From Dicyema japonicum (taxonomy: Eukaryota; Animalia; Dicyemida): DNA of 33,000 nucleotides. Under the pieces are notes generated by a model. It did no database searches. It was not told where the DNA came from and saw only the letters and a program-made list of their open reading frames with translations. This document shows, in pieces, positions 20,861 through 32,209 of this stretch. Within the stretch, counting starts at the first letter, position 1; every line of letters starts with the position of its first letter. The stretch spans positions 872,676-905,675 of the forward strand of contig RDEW01000002.1 in NCBI GenBank assembly GCA_011109175.1, in the 5' to 3' direction. A program made the translations under genes and the position numbers.

Positions 20861-23337
20861 AATTTTCGATGTAGTTCTCCTTTACGTGGAGAAAATTGGA
20901 TACCAGTATCAATCTGGCAACTAAAAGAACCACAATTATTCCCCTGTCAACCTCTTCAACGACCTCTGGGAAGTCGGACTGGATGATGGCGGCTATTGAG
21001 CGGGCGCGTAGCTTTCGCTCCCAAAGATCGGATTGGCTACTCCTAATCCTTCCTGGAGACATCGAACAGAACCCTGGGCCCCATAAGAACGGGAAATTCC
21101 CCAATATCATGCAATTCAACATAAACGACCTCACACAATCAAATGAACTTTTTGCATTCCTAACTTCCCACAAAATTGATATTGCCATACTACAAGAAAC
21201 GAAACTATCAAGAAAGTCAGTGCTTCCACACTACAAGGACTACTCAATTGTCCGCCGTGACCGACCAAATTCAAACAGAGGAGGCGGTGTTCTCATACTA
21301 ATACACAAATCTATTCCATTCTCCGATACTTCCGCTCAGACACAAGCTCTGTTTGAAGATGACGATCACATCGAACTTACTTCCGTCTTGGTGAAAATAA
21401 ACCACACAAGGTATATATTTGTAAATATTTCATCCCGCCACCAAGTCCCAGTATGAAATATTACTCCCCAAAACTAACCGAATTGCAAAAGATTGAAATG
21501 TGATAATCTGCGGAGACTTAAATGCAAAAGATCCTCTCTGGCTAATCGACCAAAGAGTAATGAAAGGGGGGTTTCAGGTCATCTCTCAATTAGAACAATT
21601 AGTTCTCCTCAATGACAGAAAATCACACACTCGAGCAGCTTCCAGACCTGTATCATGGAGAATTGTATATGACCTACACTCGGACCATAATCCAATTCTA
21701 CTGTCAATCGAACTACTCTCGCCTACTGTTAGGCATCGGAAAACTATAAAGAATTACAAACGTGCAAAACATTCAGAGAAGAAACAGAAAAATTTCTATC
21801 CGACTTTTTCGTTGAGAATTTCAAATCGCTTGACGCCGCAATGAAATTTTTTTAAGAAACTAATATCGAAGTATCTTCCCTGATTTTCAACATGGCTTTC
21901 GTCCAAAATACTCAACATTAACACATCTCTCTACCCTAACTCTATATATCGCTGATGGTTTAAACAATTACAATCTTCCCAAACGGACTGTCCTTTCATC
22001 GATTGATTTAACCAAGGCGTTTGATCGAACATCAAGGCACGTGCTAAGTAACAAAATTCTTACATCTCTAATTCCTCCACGTCTTCAGAATTGGCTAACA
22101 AATTTCTTCTCTGGAAAAATTGGTCGAGCTGAAATTATGTCATGTCTATCTCACTATAGACTCCTTCCAAATGGAGTTCCTCAAGGCTCCGTCTTATCAC
22201 CCACCTTATTCAACTTACATCTAAGCGACATTCCAATCAATTCCAAGACACTTCTACTATTGTATGTGGATGACCTCACTATTGCCTCTAAAGACATTGA
22301 CGTTAACGAAGCAACGAAGGATGTTCAGATCCACTTGAACACTCTTGAAGAGTGGCTTGGAGCAAAACACCTATTCCCCTCTCCATCGAAATCCACCGTC
22401 ACTGTATTCACGTCCAACCGCCGCCAACTAAATTTTCAACCAATTTTAACAATTCATGGACAACCACTCGCCGTTACGAAACATCCCAAAATACTTGGAG
22501 TTATTTATGACCAACTACTAACCTTCTCTAAACATGTGGAGGAACAATGTACAAAGGCCTCTCGCAAGATCAACATACTTAAAGTTGTGTCAGGGCATTC
22601 CTTCGACCAAAGCAAAGAAGCCCTAACCATCATAAACAATTCATTCGAACAACTATTAACTATGCAAGCCCTTGCTGGTCAACCTCTGCCTCTCTTACTT
22701 CTATTGACAAACTACAAAAAGTACAAAACATCGCGCTCAGGATAATTACTGGATGTCTCAGATCAACTCCTGTCGATCATCTACATTGGGAGATCCTTCC
22801 AATTGGAGACCATCTGGAAATGAGAGCCCTGCAGTTCCTTTCCCAAGCCTACAGCCTAGAACATCCTTGCCACTCTCTATGCAAACCGCAAAACAAAAGG
22901 AGAATTATTATGACAACCACCTGTCTCGAATGTCATCATCCATCCCTTCCATCCCCAATGACAGGAGTCGTCTGAAACAGATACATGATTTTGTTTCTAC
23001 GAGAAGCATCCGAAGACTCGGAGACAATAAATTATTACAGCGACCCCTCCTCCAATAGACCAATCAGAATCCTCTTTTCCAAGGGACGTCCGAGTAAATC
23101 TGGGTCGTCTACGATGTGAGCACCACCCATATCTATCAATATATGATATACTCTGTCCCTTTTGCAACCTCCACGTGTTGACAACAAACCACCTATTTGA
23201 ATGTCATGAATTAGCACAACGTTTCTCCACAATACATGAACTGACCGATCTATGGGAGCGATCAACATCTGGTGCGTCCTACTTAATAGCTGCTGGCCTA
23301 CTACAAGTTAGTGAGGCTGGGGTTACCTAACTAACTA
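20861..23337 (+). mobile_element. Near full-length, decayed Vingi-like non-LTR retrotransposon (2A-APE-RT, no RNase H seen)
   Basis: GDIEQNPGP 2A, IMQFNIN/ILQETKL/CGDLNA/SDHNPI APE, GVPQGSVLSP/YVDD RT, C-terminal CPFC...HLFEC...DLW; (CTAA)n tail; 8-bp TSD ACTCGGAA at 20853-20860 and 23338-23345. Confidence 0.9.
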
Positions 23338-23349
23338 ACTCGGAACGAC

Positions 23350-24000
23350 CATTGACCACGTTGCACTCATATCAATGGACAAATTGGTCGTAGATAATGC
23401 AGAGTAATCTACAATTGTTTCCAAAAGTTTTTGCTACGATTTTTAAGATCGTTATTCTCTTCATCTGTCACCCGTTTTGCACATGTTTGCGAAAGTCCCT
23501 GGTCAAACATGACTCCCAGGATGTTTGACGTGTTATTGACTGAAATAATCGGATTGTTAAAAAGGATTCTTGGTTTGACATTGTAGTCCATTTAAATGTG
23601 GTGAACTATGTTACAAACGACTCAAAATTTATCCCTGTGGGACTTTTCTCTTCAATAATATCATATTTGACAAATAGCGTCTAACATAGGAGTTTTTTTC
23701 CTTCTATGTACACTTTCACCCAATTCACTAGTTCCTTCGGGCTTCTCTTCCGAGATAACTGGCCGATTATGGATTGTGGTTGACACTGTCGAATGCTGTT
23801 GATATGTCGAGACATATGACATCAAGAAACATTTGGATTCTCTGGCTTTGCAAACTCAGATTTCAGATAAATAGACAATCACCGCATGATCGTCCCGACG
23901 AAACCTAAATTAATCCTTTATGAAATAGTCTTTCTTTTCCAGATCATTTGAAAGCACCAAAAGACAATTTTTTCGATTATTTTTGAAATTGATAGAATCA
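23350..24000 (-). mobile_element. Older degenerate LINE RT fragment
   Basis: Minus strand ISKIIEKIV, DVICLDISTAFDSVNH, PQG*ILS and NILGVMFDQGL. Confidence 0.7.
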
Positions 24001-26159
24001 GACTGATCGGAAAGTAGCTAGCTAGATCCTTCTTTGGTTTCCTGTCTTTTCTACTATCCATACAACTGTTTCCTTCCACCCTAAAAATAAACTTAACAAA
24101 TAAATATAAAACGACAGATCTTCTAGAAGAACGGTTTTATTAGAATATCTCCGTCTATAAGATCGATATCTCTTTGACCTACTTCTTTACCTCCGCCTTT
24201 TATCCCTCCCTGAATTCGCTTAACTCTTCAATTTTCCCCAAACCTGTTCAAGTCATAATTCATCACTTCCAGCTTTTCAATCATCTCCAGACATCGAGAC
24301 AGCAGTATGGAAGGTCTTAGTCACCAGCTTATCGGCACCTTTGATCTTTTAAATAAAGTACAATCACTAGCACTGTCTTAAATTATATCAGACCTCTTAA
24401 TTCCTGTAACCAACAACTCTTCAACATTTTGGTAACAATATAAAACAAATCTGGTTTGTCTTAATTTATTGTTCCATTTCTTTATTATTTCATATTTGAA
24501 AATTAAAAAACCAGTAGTATTTGCTTTTAGGGATCAAGATCACCAAGAAAGAAGGAGTCAAAGCCAACTAACAAAGCGAACCCGACTCTCTTCAAGTTGT
24601 CCGCCAGGGATCACACGAATTTCTGCAAAAAAACTTGATCAGGGTGTTTTCTTCAAAACTCATCGGGAATCTTCCACATGGATAACTTTTTCAGTATGTG
24701 GAAATCTTGGTTTTTTGAGAAACACAGGAAACCTAGTCGACTTTTTAAAAAGAGATTTTTTTTCGTGTGATGGGAGAGCATGATATTCTGCAGGAGTAAA
24801 TTGATGGGTATTGAGATACAACACGATAAATTCTCTAACAAACCTCTCTACCAATTATTCCATCCCTCCTTGACCACTCCAGAATAACGAGTCCAGTTCC
24901 CTAACTCTCTACGATGTCGAAATTGACCCTTCACTTAAAAAAACAGTAGAAGCCACAAAAACGTGTAAATTGCAAGATTCTGCTGAAAGATGACTATGGT
25001 AAATAATATTCGAAAAAACAATTCTCTTGACTGAACACGACATTACATGGTACAGTATTCATCAAATTAATAAAATTTGTTGATGTAGATCACAGGAGGG
25101 AGAATGCTCTTTTGTGCTTTTGAACTATTCCACTTGGTCATAATTTCTTCAGCGCAGGAACCTGCTGACTTTTTCAACATAATAGAAATCATTACTCTTG
25201 ACAAAAGATACGAAAATGTCCCAACGAAATCCTTTCGTTTAAGAATACAACATATGACGAATTTCTGTCTTTCACTGATATATCGACAGTGAGATAATAG
25301 GTCTGTCCATTGTAAAAAAGGTAGGAAAGATTAAAAGGCTTTTCTACCTGTTCACATTCCGTACGATTTTGTTACACAAAAAAAGTGAAAAGTAAGAAAT
25401 TTTAATCAAGAATATATTCTTCAATCAGAAAGTGACCTCTGTGAAACCAAGTAGCCGTTCCTGTTGATCACGACAGTTAGAGATTACAAATTAACGCGAT
25501 CTTGCTTACTTCAACGAACAAATAAATTAAAGAATAGCTTTTTACATCACTTTTAGCAAAAAAAATAATAAAAAATTCCGAGCATTTAATAAATGTATAT
25601 GCTCCACCAAAATTGATCAAACTGAGAAACCAAAAGATCGACAATCTCAGTTTATGACAATGATTAGTTAATAATTCATTGCTTCCGAAAACAAATTTCT
25701 GTCATTTTCTATACAATGTGGTGTTTGATCAATACGCTGTTTCTGGATTTAGGGAAAAAAATTCATTAGATGTGAGAGATTTCCAAAAAAGATTTGTCCA
25801 GTTTCGAATCAATGAAAAACATAAGGTTAGTTCGAATAAACATAAAAAACTAAGTAGGAACTATTCAAGCTGTCAACATGGTGATTTCTTTAAATCCTTT
25901 CAATAAAAATATGTTTCATTAAAATTTTCAAGCATTTTATGAATTTTTTGGCCACGCCTAAATATATTTTGTCAAAAAATATATTTTGACAAAAAGATAA
26001 AATAAATAAACAGTAAAAATCCTAACATAAAAATTATCATAGTCAAAGAAAATATTTCAATATTATTGTTAAAGAAAATATTATGTAAATTAATTATCAA
26101 CGCTATAATCACAAATTTTATTAAATTATTATTTATTTTTATAATATTATTAATTTATA

Positions 26160-28857
26160 ATGGTCGACCCTTTTTATAATAAAATAATAACATATGGATT
26201 TAAGAAATCGAAGAGGGGAGAATTTGAGAGAATTGCTTCCTATGTCCGTGATCAAATCAAGATAATTGAGAAGAAATTGAGAATTTATGAATCAAGAAAG
26301 GGATTTAGAAGAGCCAATTGGTGCTTCGAGTTGAATAGAAGGCGGTTCTACAGAAATATTAGTGGAGATAATAAGAAGGGAGTGCTGAATTTCGATGAAG
26401 GGGAATGTCTACCTTTTTGGACAACCATTTGGAATGAGAGTGATCGAAAGGAGAGCAAATTCTTGTTGAACAAGAGAGTGACTGGGTCTGAAAATTCTTA
26501 TGCCGATTTTACAAAGGAAGCGATCGTCGATACTATCAAGATGCTTCCAAATTGGAAAGCGTCTGGGTGCGACGGAGTTTATAACTTCTTTATCAAAAGT
26601 TTTACTTCGATTCATGAACATCTTTGCGAGGAGATTCAGAAGATCATAAATGATGAATACACGCCTGGTGATTGGTTCTACACGGGGATAACACATCTTA
26701 TACCAAAAGTGGACGTATGTAATTCACCCAAGGAGTTAAGACCAATTACGTGTATGCCTAATCTCTATAAACTATTGACAAAGTGTGTGAACAAGAAATT
26801 ATCTGAATATATTGAATCGTACGATCTCTTAAGTGATAATCAATTGGGAACTCGGAGGATGTGTCAAGGAGCCAAAGAACAAGCTTTGGTGAACCAATGT
26901 TAAATCAAGAAATGGAAGTAACTTATGTTCTACCTGGATCGATGTTAAAAAAGCATTTGATTCCGTTGACCACGAGTTTTTGGGCGAAGTGCTCCAGAAT
27001 TCTGGCCTGCCTTTCTGGATTGTGAGTTTTATCACGAAACTTGTTGGGAAATGGAAGATACGACTGAATTTGGAAGGAAAAGTGTTGGGGGAGATTAGAA
27101 TAAGAAGAGGAATTCTACAGGGGGACTCTCTTTCGCCACAGATCTTTGCTTTGTTAATGGACCCCCTTAGCCGAATATTGAATGGAAAATTTCCTAAAGT
27201 AACTATGGGAAGCCCGGGAAATGGAGAGCCAACATATGCCACTAATCACCTTCTGTTTATGGACGATATAAAGTTGTTTTCTCACAAAAGTGATTCAATG
27301 GTTATGATGATGGAAGAAGTTGATTCGTTTTTTGATGCAGCCGGGTTGGAGAGGAACTTTGACAAATCTGCAACAAATGTCAAGTCCTTGTCTGGGAAAG
27401 CTCGTTTCCTTGATGGATTGGATGGATACCGATATTTGGGAGTTCTTGAAGATAAGAACAGCAATGTTCTTAAAGGAGAAATTATGAATAAAATCTATGG
27501 AGAAGTATCTAAGCGGATCAAAAATTTGACGAAGACGGATTTAAACTCAGTGAACCTGTTTAAAGCTATGAATGAGTATGCAATCTCCCTTTACAACTAT
27601 TACATTGGATTGATTGATATCGAACCTGGAGAGTTTGAACAGATTGATAAAAATATTCGCAGAATTCTTATGGACAGTCATATCCACTTGCAACCGGCAA
27701 ACAAAGAAAGACTTTATCTACCAAGAAATAAATTTGGAAGAGGCCTCGAGTCAGTCAGTAACAAAGCAGAAAGAATGCTCCTCCAATTTTATAGTGATTT
27801 GGAACATAAGGCAAATTACTGCCTAAGAAGAGCGGGAATTCTACGGGTCATTAATTCAAAGAAAATACACATGGCCACTATCGTAGAATTCATCTCAAGA
27901 AAGTACAACATTGAAAATGTGAAGGATTTGACAATGTTGAAATTGATGGAAATACAACATGAATATCTACTGGGAAAAATTGAAGAGAAACCGCTGCACT
28001 CTATTCTATTTGAGTGTCTGAAAGATACCGAAGTGAATATTGCTGAATCCTCAGGGTGGTTAGTTCATGGAAATCATTCTCCTGTAACCGAAGGAAGGCT
28101 GTGTCTGCTTCAGGATCGTAACATGTTTTTTGATAATGGAGAAGCCAAGTGCAAACATTGTAACTCAGGAAAGAAGACCGTTGATCACCTTGCAACTAGA
28201 TGTGGGAGAATGCTGAATAGCTCGTATCTCAGGCGGCATAACGAGGTGGTCAGATGTATTCACTTACACCTCTGCCGTCAATATGGAATAAGAAAAACTA
28301 AGAAACTGAAGACCCACTCAGTCCAATCTGTTGTCTCAAATGAATTTGTGGAGATTCGTGTAGACACAACGATTAGTACAGATACGGCTGTACAGAATAA
28401 CAAACCCGATATTTTCGTTCATGATAAGGTGCGTAATACGATTACTCTCGTTGAAATTGGGATCACGTCCCAAAACTGCCTCAAGCAAGTCGAGGTGGAA
28501 AAGTTCCATAAGTATGACTTACTGGCGAACGAACTCGGATGTATTCATCGCGCAAAGGTAAAAATAATCCCTGTAGTCATTACCTGGGATGGGATTGTTT
28601 CGAGATTCTTCAAGGGCCATCTGGATGCCCTCAAACTGGAGGAAAGGGTGAAAGCGTACATCCAAACGTTAGTATTGAGAAAGACGTTGGAGAGCATGCA
28701 AGCTGAAGATAGACATGGAGTATCGATACCTGATGAGGAGGAAGCTGATAAGGAATGCCGACCTAGGGGAGTCTCGGAATGTGGGTTGTGCGACAACGAA
28801 AACACACCTATACTGACAATTGACGTTGGCCCCAAGAAGAGGAGATTAGCTAATTAA
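26160..28857 (+). CDS. Retrotransposon RT-REL polyprotein, ~899 aa if two single-base deletions near 26900-26915 are repaired
   Basis: 247-aa and 625-aa ORFs join as ...ALVNQCLNQENGSNLCSTWIDVKKAFD... when one T and one A are added to short homopolymer runs; ends in basic PKKRRL. Confidence 0.85.
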
Positions 28858-28890
28858 TTAATTACTTGTGACTCGTTGTTTCGTTAAAAT
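26191..28890 (+). mobile_element. 5'-truncated R4/Dong-like non-LTR retrotransposon (RT + CCHC + restriction-like endonuclease)
   Basis: Absent from paralogous copy B (empty site at 31641-31667). Motifs KAFDSVDH, QGDSLSP, FMDD, CKHC...H...C, RRHNEV and KPDI...VEIG; imperfect A/T-rich TSD-like flanks. Confidence 0.95.
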
Positions 28891-28919
28891 ATAAAAATAA
28901 AATTTAACGGTTAATTCAT

Positions 28920-29452
28920 ATGATTGTCCTATTCAGTTTGATTGCTGCTGGTAAAATTTAAGTAAACATTTTAGTTTTCTCTCCGTGTCCTAAAATATCG
29001 CAATTAGTAGTTGGGGCGAACGAGTTTAGAGGAATTTGTTATTGGCCAGAATTACAAAAATTTAACTGTGAAACTAACGGAGGAGAATTGGTATGTTTAA
29101 ATTAGTTTTTTAGGCAAAAATTAAATCTGAAGAAGAGTCAAACTTTATTGTGGGATTGTTAAATTCAGTTGATTTATGGGATCCTATAAGCCGATTTGGG
29201 TTACTTATTGCTGGAAAATTTGAAAATGGAATTTGGATGCTTGATGGTAACTAATAAACTCTATTTTTAGGACAAGCAATGAATTACACAAATTTTTATT
29301 ATTCGAAATATACTGCAAATCTGAATATTACTAGTCGTTTAAGTAAATGTGTTTGTATAGAAAATGCAATAAAGTGGCAAATGATTGCATGCTCTTGTAT
29401 TCTGAAATATCTTAATGGACTTTTGTGTCAATCAAGTAAAATTTTTTATTAA
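28920..29452 (+). CDS. Secreted C-type-lectin-like domain protein, paralog A (4 exons, 153 aa)
   Basis: Introns 28951-28974, 29091-29113 and 29247-29270 give MIVLFSLIAAVFSPCP...CYWP...CETNGGELAKIKSEEE...WMLDG...CVCIENAIKWQMIACSC...CQ, a signal peptide plus CTLD Cys/Trp pattern; no EPN/QPD motif. Confidence 0.85.
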
Positions 29453-29659
29453 TATATTATCGGCATCTCCCTCAACTCCAACAACACCAACTCCAACAAC
29501 ACAACTCCAACGACCTCTCAATACCAATTCCTTAACTAACGACTAATACATTTACTTTTGGATTTTGGGAAAGTTTCGTTAATCACAATACAATATAATT
29601 TCTAGTAGAATATCGAGTCTGAAAAGATTAATCTTTTTTAAGCAAAAAAACAATTTAAT

Positions 29660-30420
29660 TAGGAAAAAGGTGAGCATATGGTCATATAGCGACCGTCCGA
29701 GTGCGTGGCTATTTTCTCTTAGGATAGCGTGCGAGATTCATTCAAATAACCAGAAGCGCTCATAGAAGTCTCCTGATAGTGTAGAAATCCGATTATCTAG
29801 ACGACTCCAGAATTCCAGATGTCTCAACGGAACGAATAAATAATCATTTAGTAGGACCGTGTACTTTTCCCGTTTAAACCTCTCGGCCTTCTCATCAGCA
29901 GAACAAGCTCCAGAGTCACTCTGAAGTAGGTTGCAAGGGGCAAATGTGTCGGTGTAGGTGACTTCCCAGACGAGAGGTTTCCCGGTTTCAAAATGGAAGA
30001 TTGACATTCCATCAGGTCTTTTTCTCTCACGCCTGCAAAGAACGACTGGTTCGAGCATGGAGAGGTTTCCAGCAGCATCCAAAGCTCGCCTAGCGAGTTC
30101 GTTCAAGGCCATGTGTATGGGAAATCTGCCAGCACTCTTCCTGCAAAACGGACGGGGTAGGCCAAAACAGTCGATCTGGTCTCCGCTCTGGCACGGATGT
30201 GGAACACAGACTTTTAATCCAAGTCGTAATGAGATCCCAAGACACATTCATCATCCAGGAAGGTAAAAACTCCATTGGGATCGGCGATTAGTCAGTCACC
30301 GCTTTTGGAGGACGCACCCGACAGCAAACAAGTACGGGGAAGTTGGCTAGATGACACAAGCAAATCTTCGAAATAAGTCCAGCGTTATAGTTTGCTGTCA
30401 TTGTTGAATTTTAATTCAAA
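29660..30420 (-). mobile_element. Degenerate CRE-like non-LTR retrotransposon 3' fragment (Zn knuckle + REL endonuclease)
   Basis: LRLGLKVCVPHPC, ALNELARRAL, RKRPDG, PLVWEVT.TDT, AERFKREKY and ERISHAI. Boundaries approximate. Confidence 0.85.
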
Positions 30421-31676
30421 CAAAACATTTTGATTTGGTTGATCGAAAAATGATTGAATAAAAGAAATCATATAGGTATCGACACTGGAATTTATTTAAA
30501 AGATATCCTATATGAAAATTCTTTCCCTGAAAACTCACATCCTAAGAGGAATTTTCTGATGTTGATTAAAGGAGGGAAAAGGCTCTTTTGTGTCTTTGAA
30601 CCATTCCACTTGGTCATAATTTCTTCAGCACAGGAACCTGATGACTTTTTTAACATAATAGAAATCATTACTCTTGACAAAAGACGCGAAAATGTCCCAA
30701 CGAAATCCTTTCGTTTAAGAATACAACATATGACGAATTTCTGTCTTTCACTGATATATCGACAGTGAGATAATAGGTCTGTCCATTGTAAAAAAAGGTA
30801 GAAAAGATTAAAAGGCTTTTCTACCTGTTCACATTCAGTGCGATTTTGTTACACAAAAAAGTGAAAAGTAAGAAATTTTTAATCAAGAATATATTCTTCA
30901 ATCAGAAAGTGACCTCTGTGAAACCAAATAGCCGTTCCTGTTGATCACGACAGTTAGAGATTACAAATTAACGCGATCTTGCTTGCTTCAACGAATAAAT
31001 AGTTTAAAGAATAGCTTTTTACATCACTTTTAGCAAAAAAATAATAAAAAATTCCGAGCATTTAAGAAATGTACATGCTCCACCAAAATTGATCAAACTG
31101 AGAAACCAAAAGATCGACAATCTCAGTTTATGACAATGATTAGTTAATAATTCTTGCTTCCGAAAACAAATATCTGTCATTTTCTAGACAATGTGGTGTT
31201 TGATCAATACGCTGTTTCTGGATTTAGGGAAAAAATTCATTAGATGTGAGAGATTTCCAAAAAAGATTTGTCCAGTTTCGAATCAATGAAAAACTTAAGG
31301 TTAGTTCGAATAAACATAAAAAACTAAGTAGGAACTATTCAAGCTGTCAACATGGTGATTTCTCTAAATCCTTTCAATAAAAATATGTTTCATTAAAATT
31401 TTCAAGCATTTTATGAATTTATTGGCCACGCCTAAATATATTTTGTCAAAAAATATATTTTGACAAAAAGATAAAATAAATAAACACTAAAAATCCTAAC
31501 ATAAAAATTATCATAGTCAAAGAAAATATTTCAAAATTATTGTTAAAGAAAATATTATGTAAATTAATTATCAACGCTATAATCACAAATTTTATTTTAA
31601 TTATTTTTATAATATTATTAATTTATAATGGTCGACCCTTTTTATAATAAAATAATAATATTAACGGTTAATTCAT

Positions 31677-32209
31677 ATGATTGTCCTATTTAGTTTGATT
31701 GCTGCTGGTAAAAATTAAGTAAACATTTTAGTTTTCTCTCCGTGTCCTAAAAAATGGCAATCTATGGATAGGGTAAACGAGTTGAATGGATTATGTTATT
31801 GGCCTAAATTTGATACAGAACATTCTAAGTGTGAAGATGATGGAGGAGAATTGGTATGTTTAAAATAGTTTTTTAGGTAAAAATTAAATCTAAAGAAGAG
31901 TCAAACTTTATTGTGGAATTGTTAGATGTAGTTAATGTATGGGATCCTTTTGTCCGATATGGGGTACTTATTGGTGGAATATATACAAATGGAACTTGGA
32001 TGCTTGATGGTAACTAATAAACTCTATTTTTAGGAAAACCAATGGGTTTTACAAATTTCTTTAATTCGAGTTTTAATGCAAGGCTGAATAATCATTCAAA
32101 TGATTGTATTTGTTTAGAAAATGCACTCAAATGGCAATGGATTCGATGCCCTTGTGAAAAAAGGTATGTTAACGCAATTATGTGTCAATCAAGTAAAATT
32201 TTTTATTAA
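31677..32209 (+). CDS. Secreted C-type-lectin-like domain protein, paralog B (4 exons, 153 aa)
   Basis: Introns 31708-31731, 31854-31876 and 32010-32033 give an open frame with the same signal peptide and the same 8 cysteines as paralog A. Confidence 0.85.

Larger units (their letters stand above)
25095..30012 (+). repeat. Segmental duplication copy A (~2.2 kb unit, interrupted by the 2.7 kb R4-like insertion)
   Basis: 25095-26190 and 28891-30012 align collinearly with 30573-32742 at roughly 95% identity by eye outside the lectin exons. Confidence 0.95.

Noticed and set aside
24480-25050. Minus-strand coding-like remnant (IRVIPGGQLEESRV resembling a chaperonin; alternatively DEAD-box-like)
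   Set aside because: Single short motif with no supporting collinear matches; left unassigned.
25967-25994. 11-bp inverted repeat TTTTGTCAAAA / TTTTGACAAAA upstream of the lectins
   Set aside because: Low-complexity A/T context; its second occurrence is just part of the duplication.
26409-30266. Opposite-strand ORFs (26409-26696, 26829-27242, 27282-27464, 28545-28835, 29958-30266; also 20841-21188)
   Set aside because: Antisense shadows of retroelement coding sequence with no recognisable motifs.
4995-30650. Hammerhead ribozymes at scattered CTGATGA sites
   Set aside because: None has a stem II followed by GAAA with closing stems; most lie inside coding remnants.
26160-32209. Diversity-generating retroelement (RT next to variable C-type lectin repeats)
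   Set aside because: Differences between the lectins involve all four bases in both copies rather than adenines of one template; introns are retained; the RT is a standard non-LTR RT-REL.
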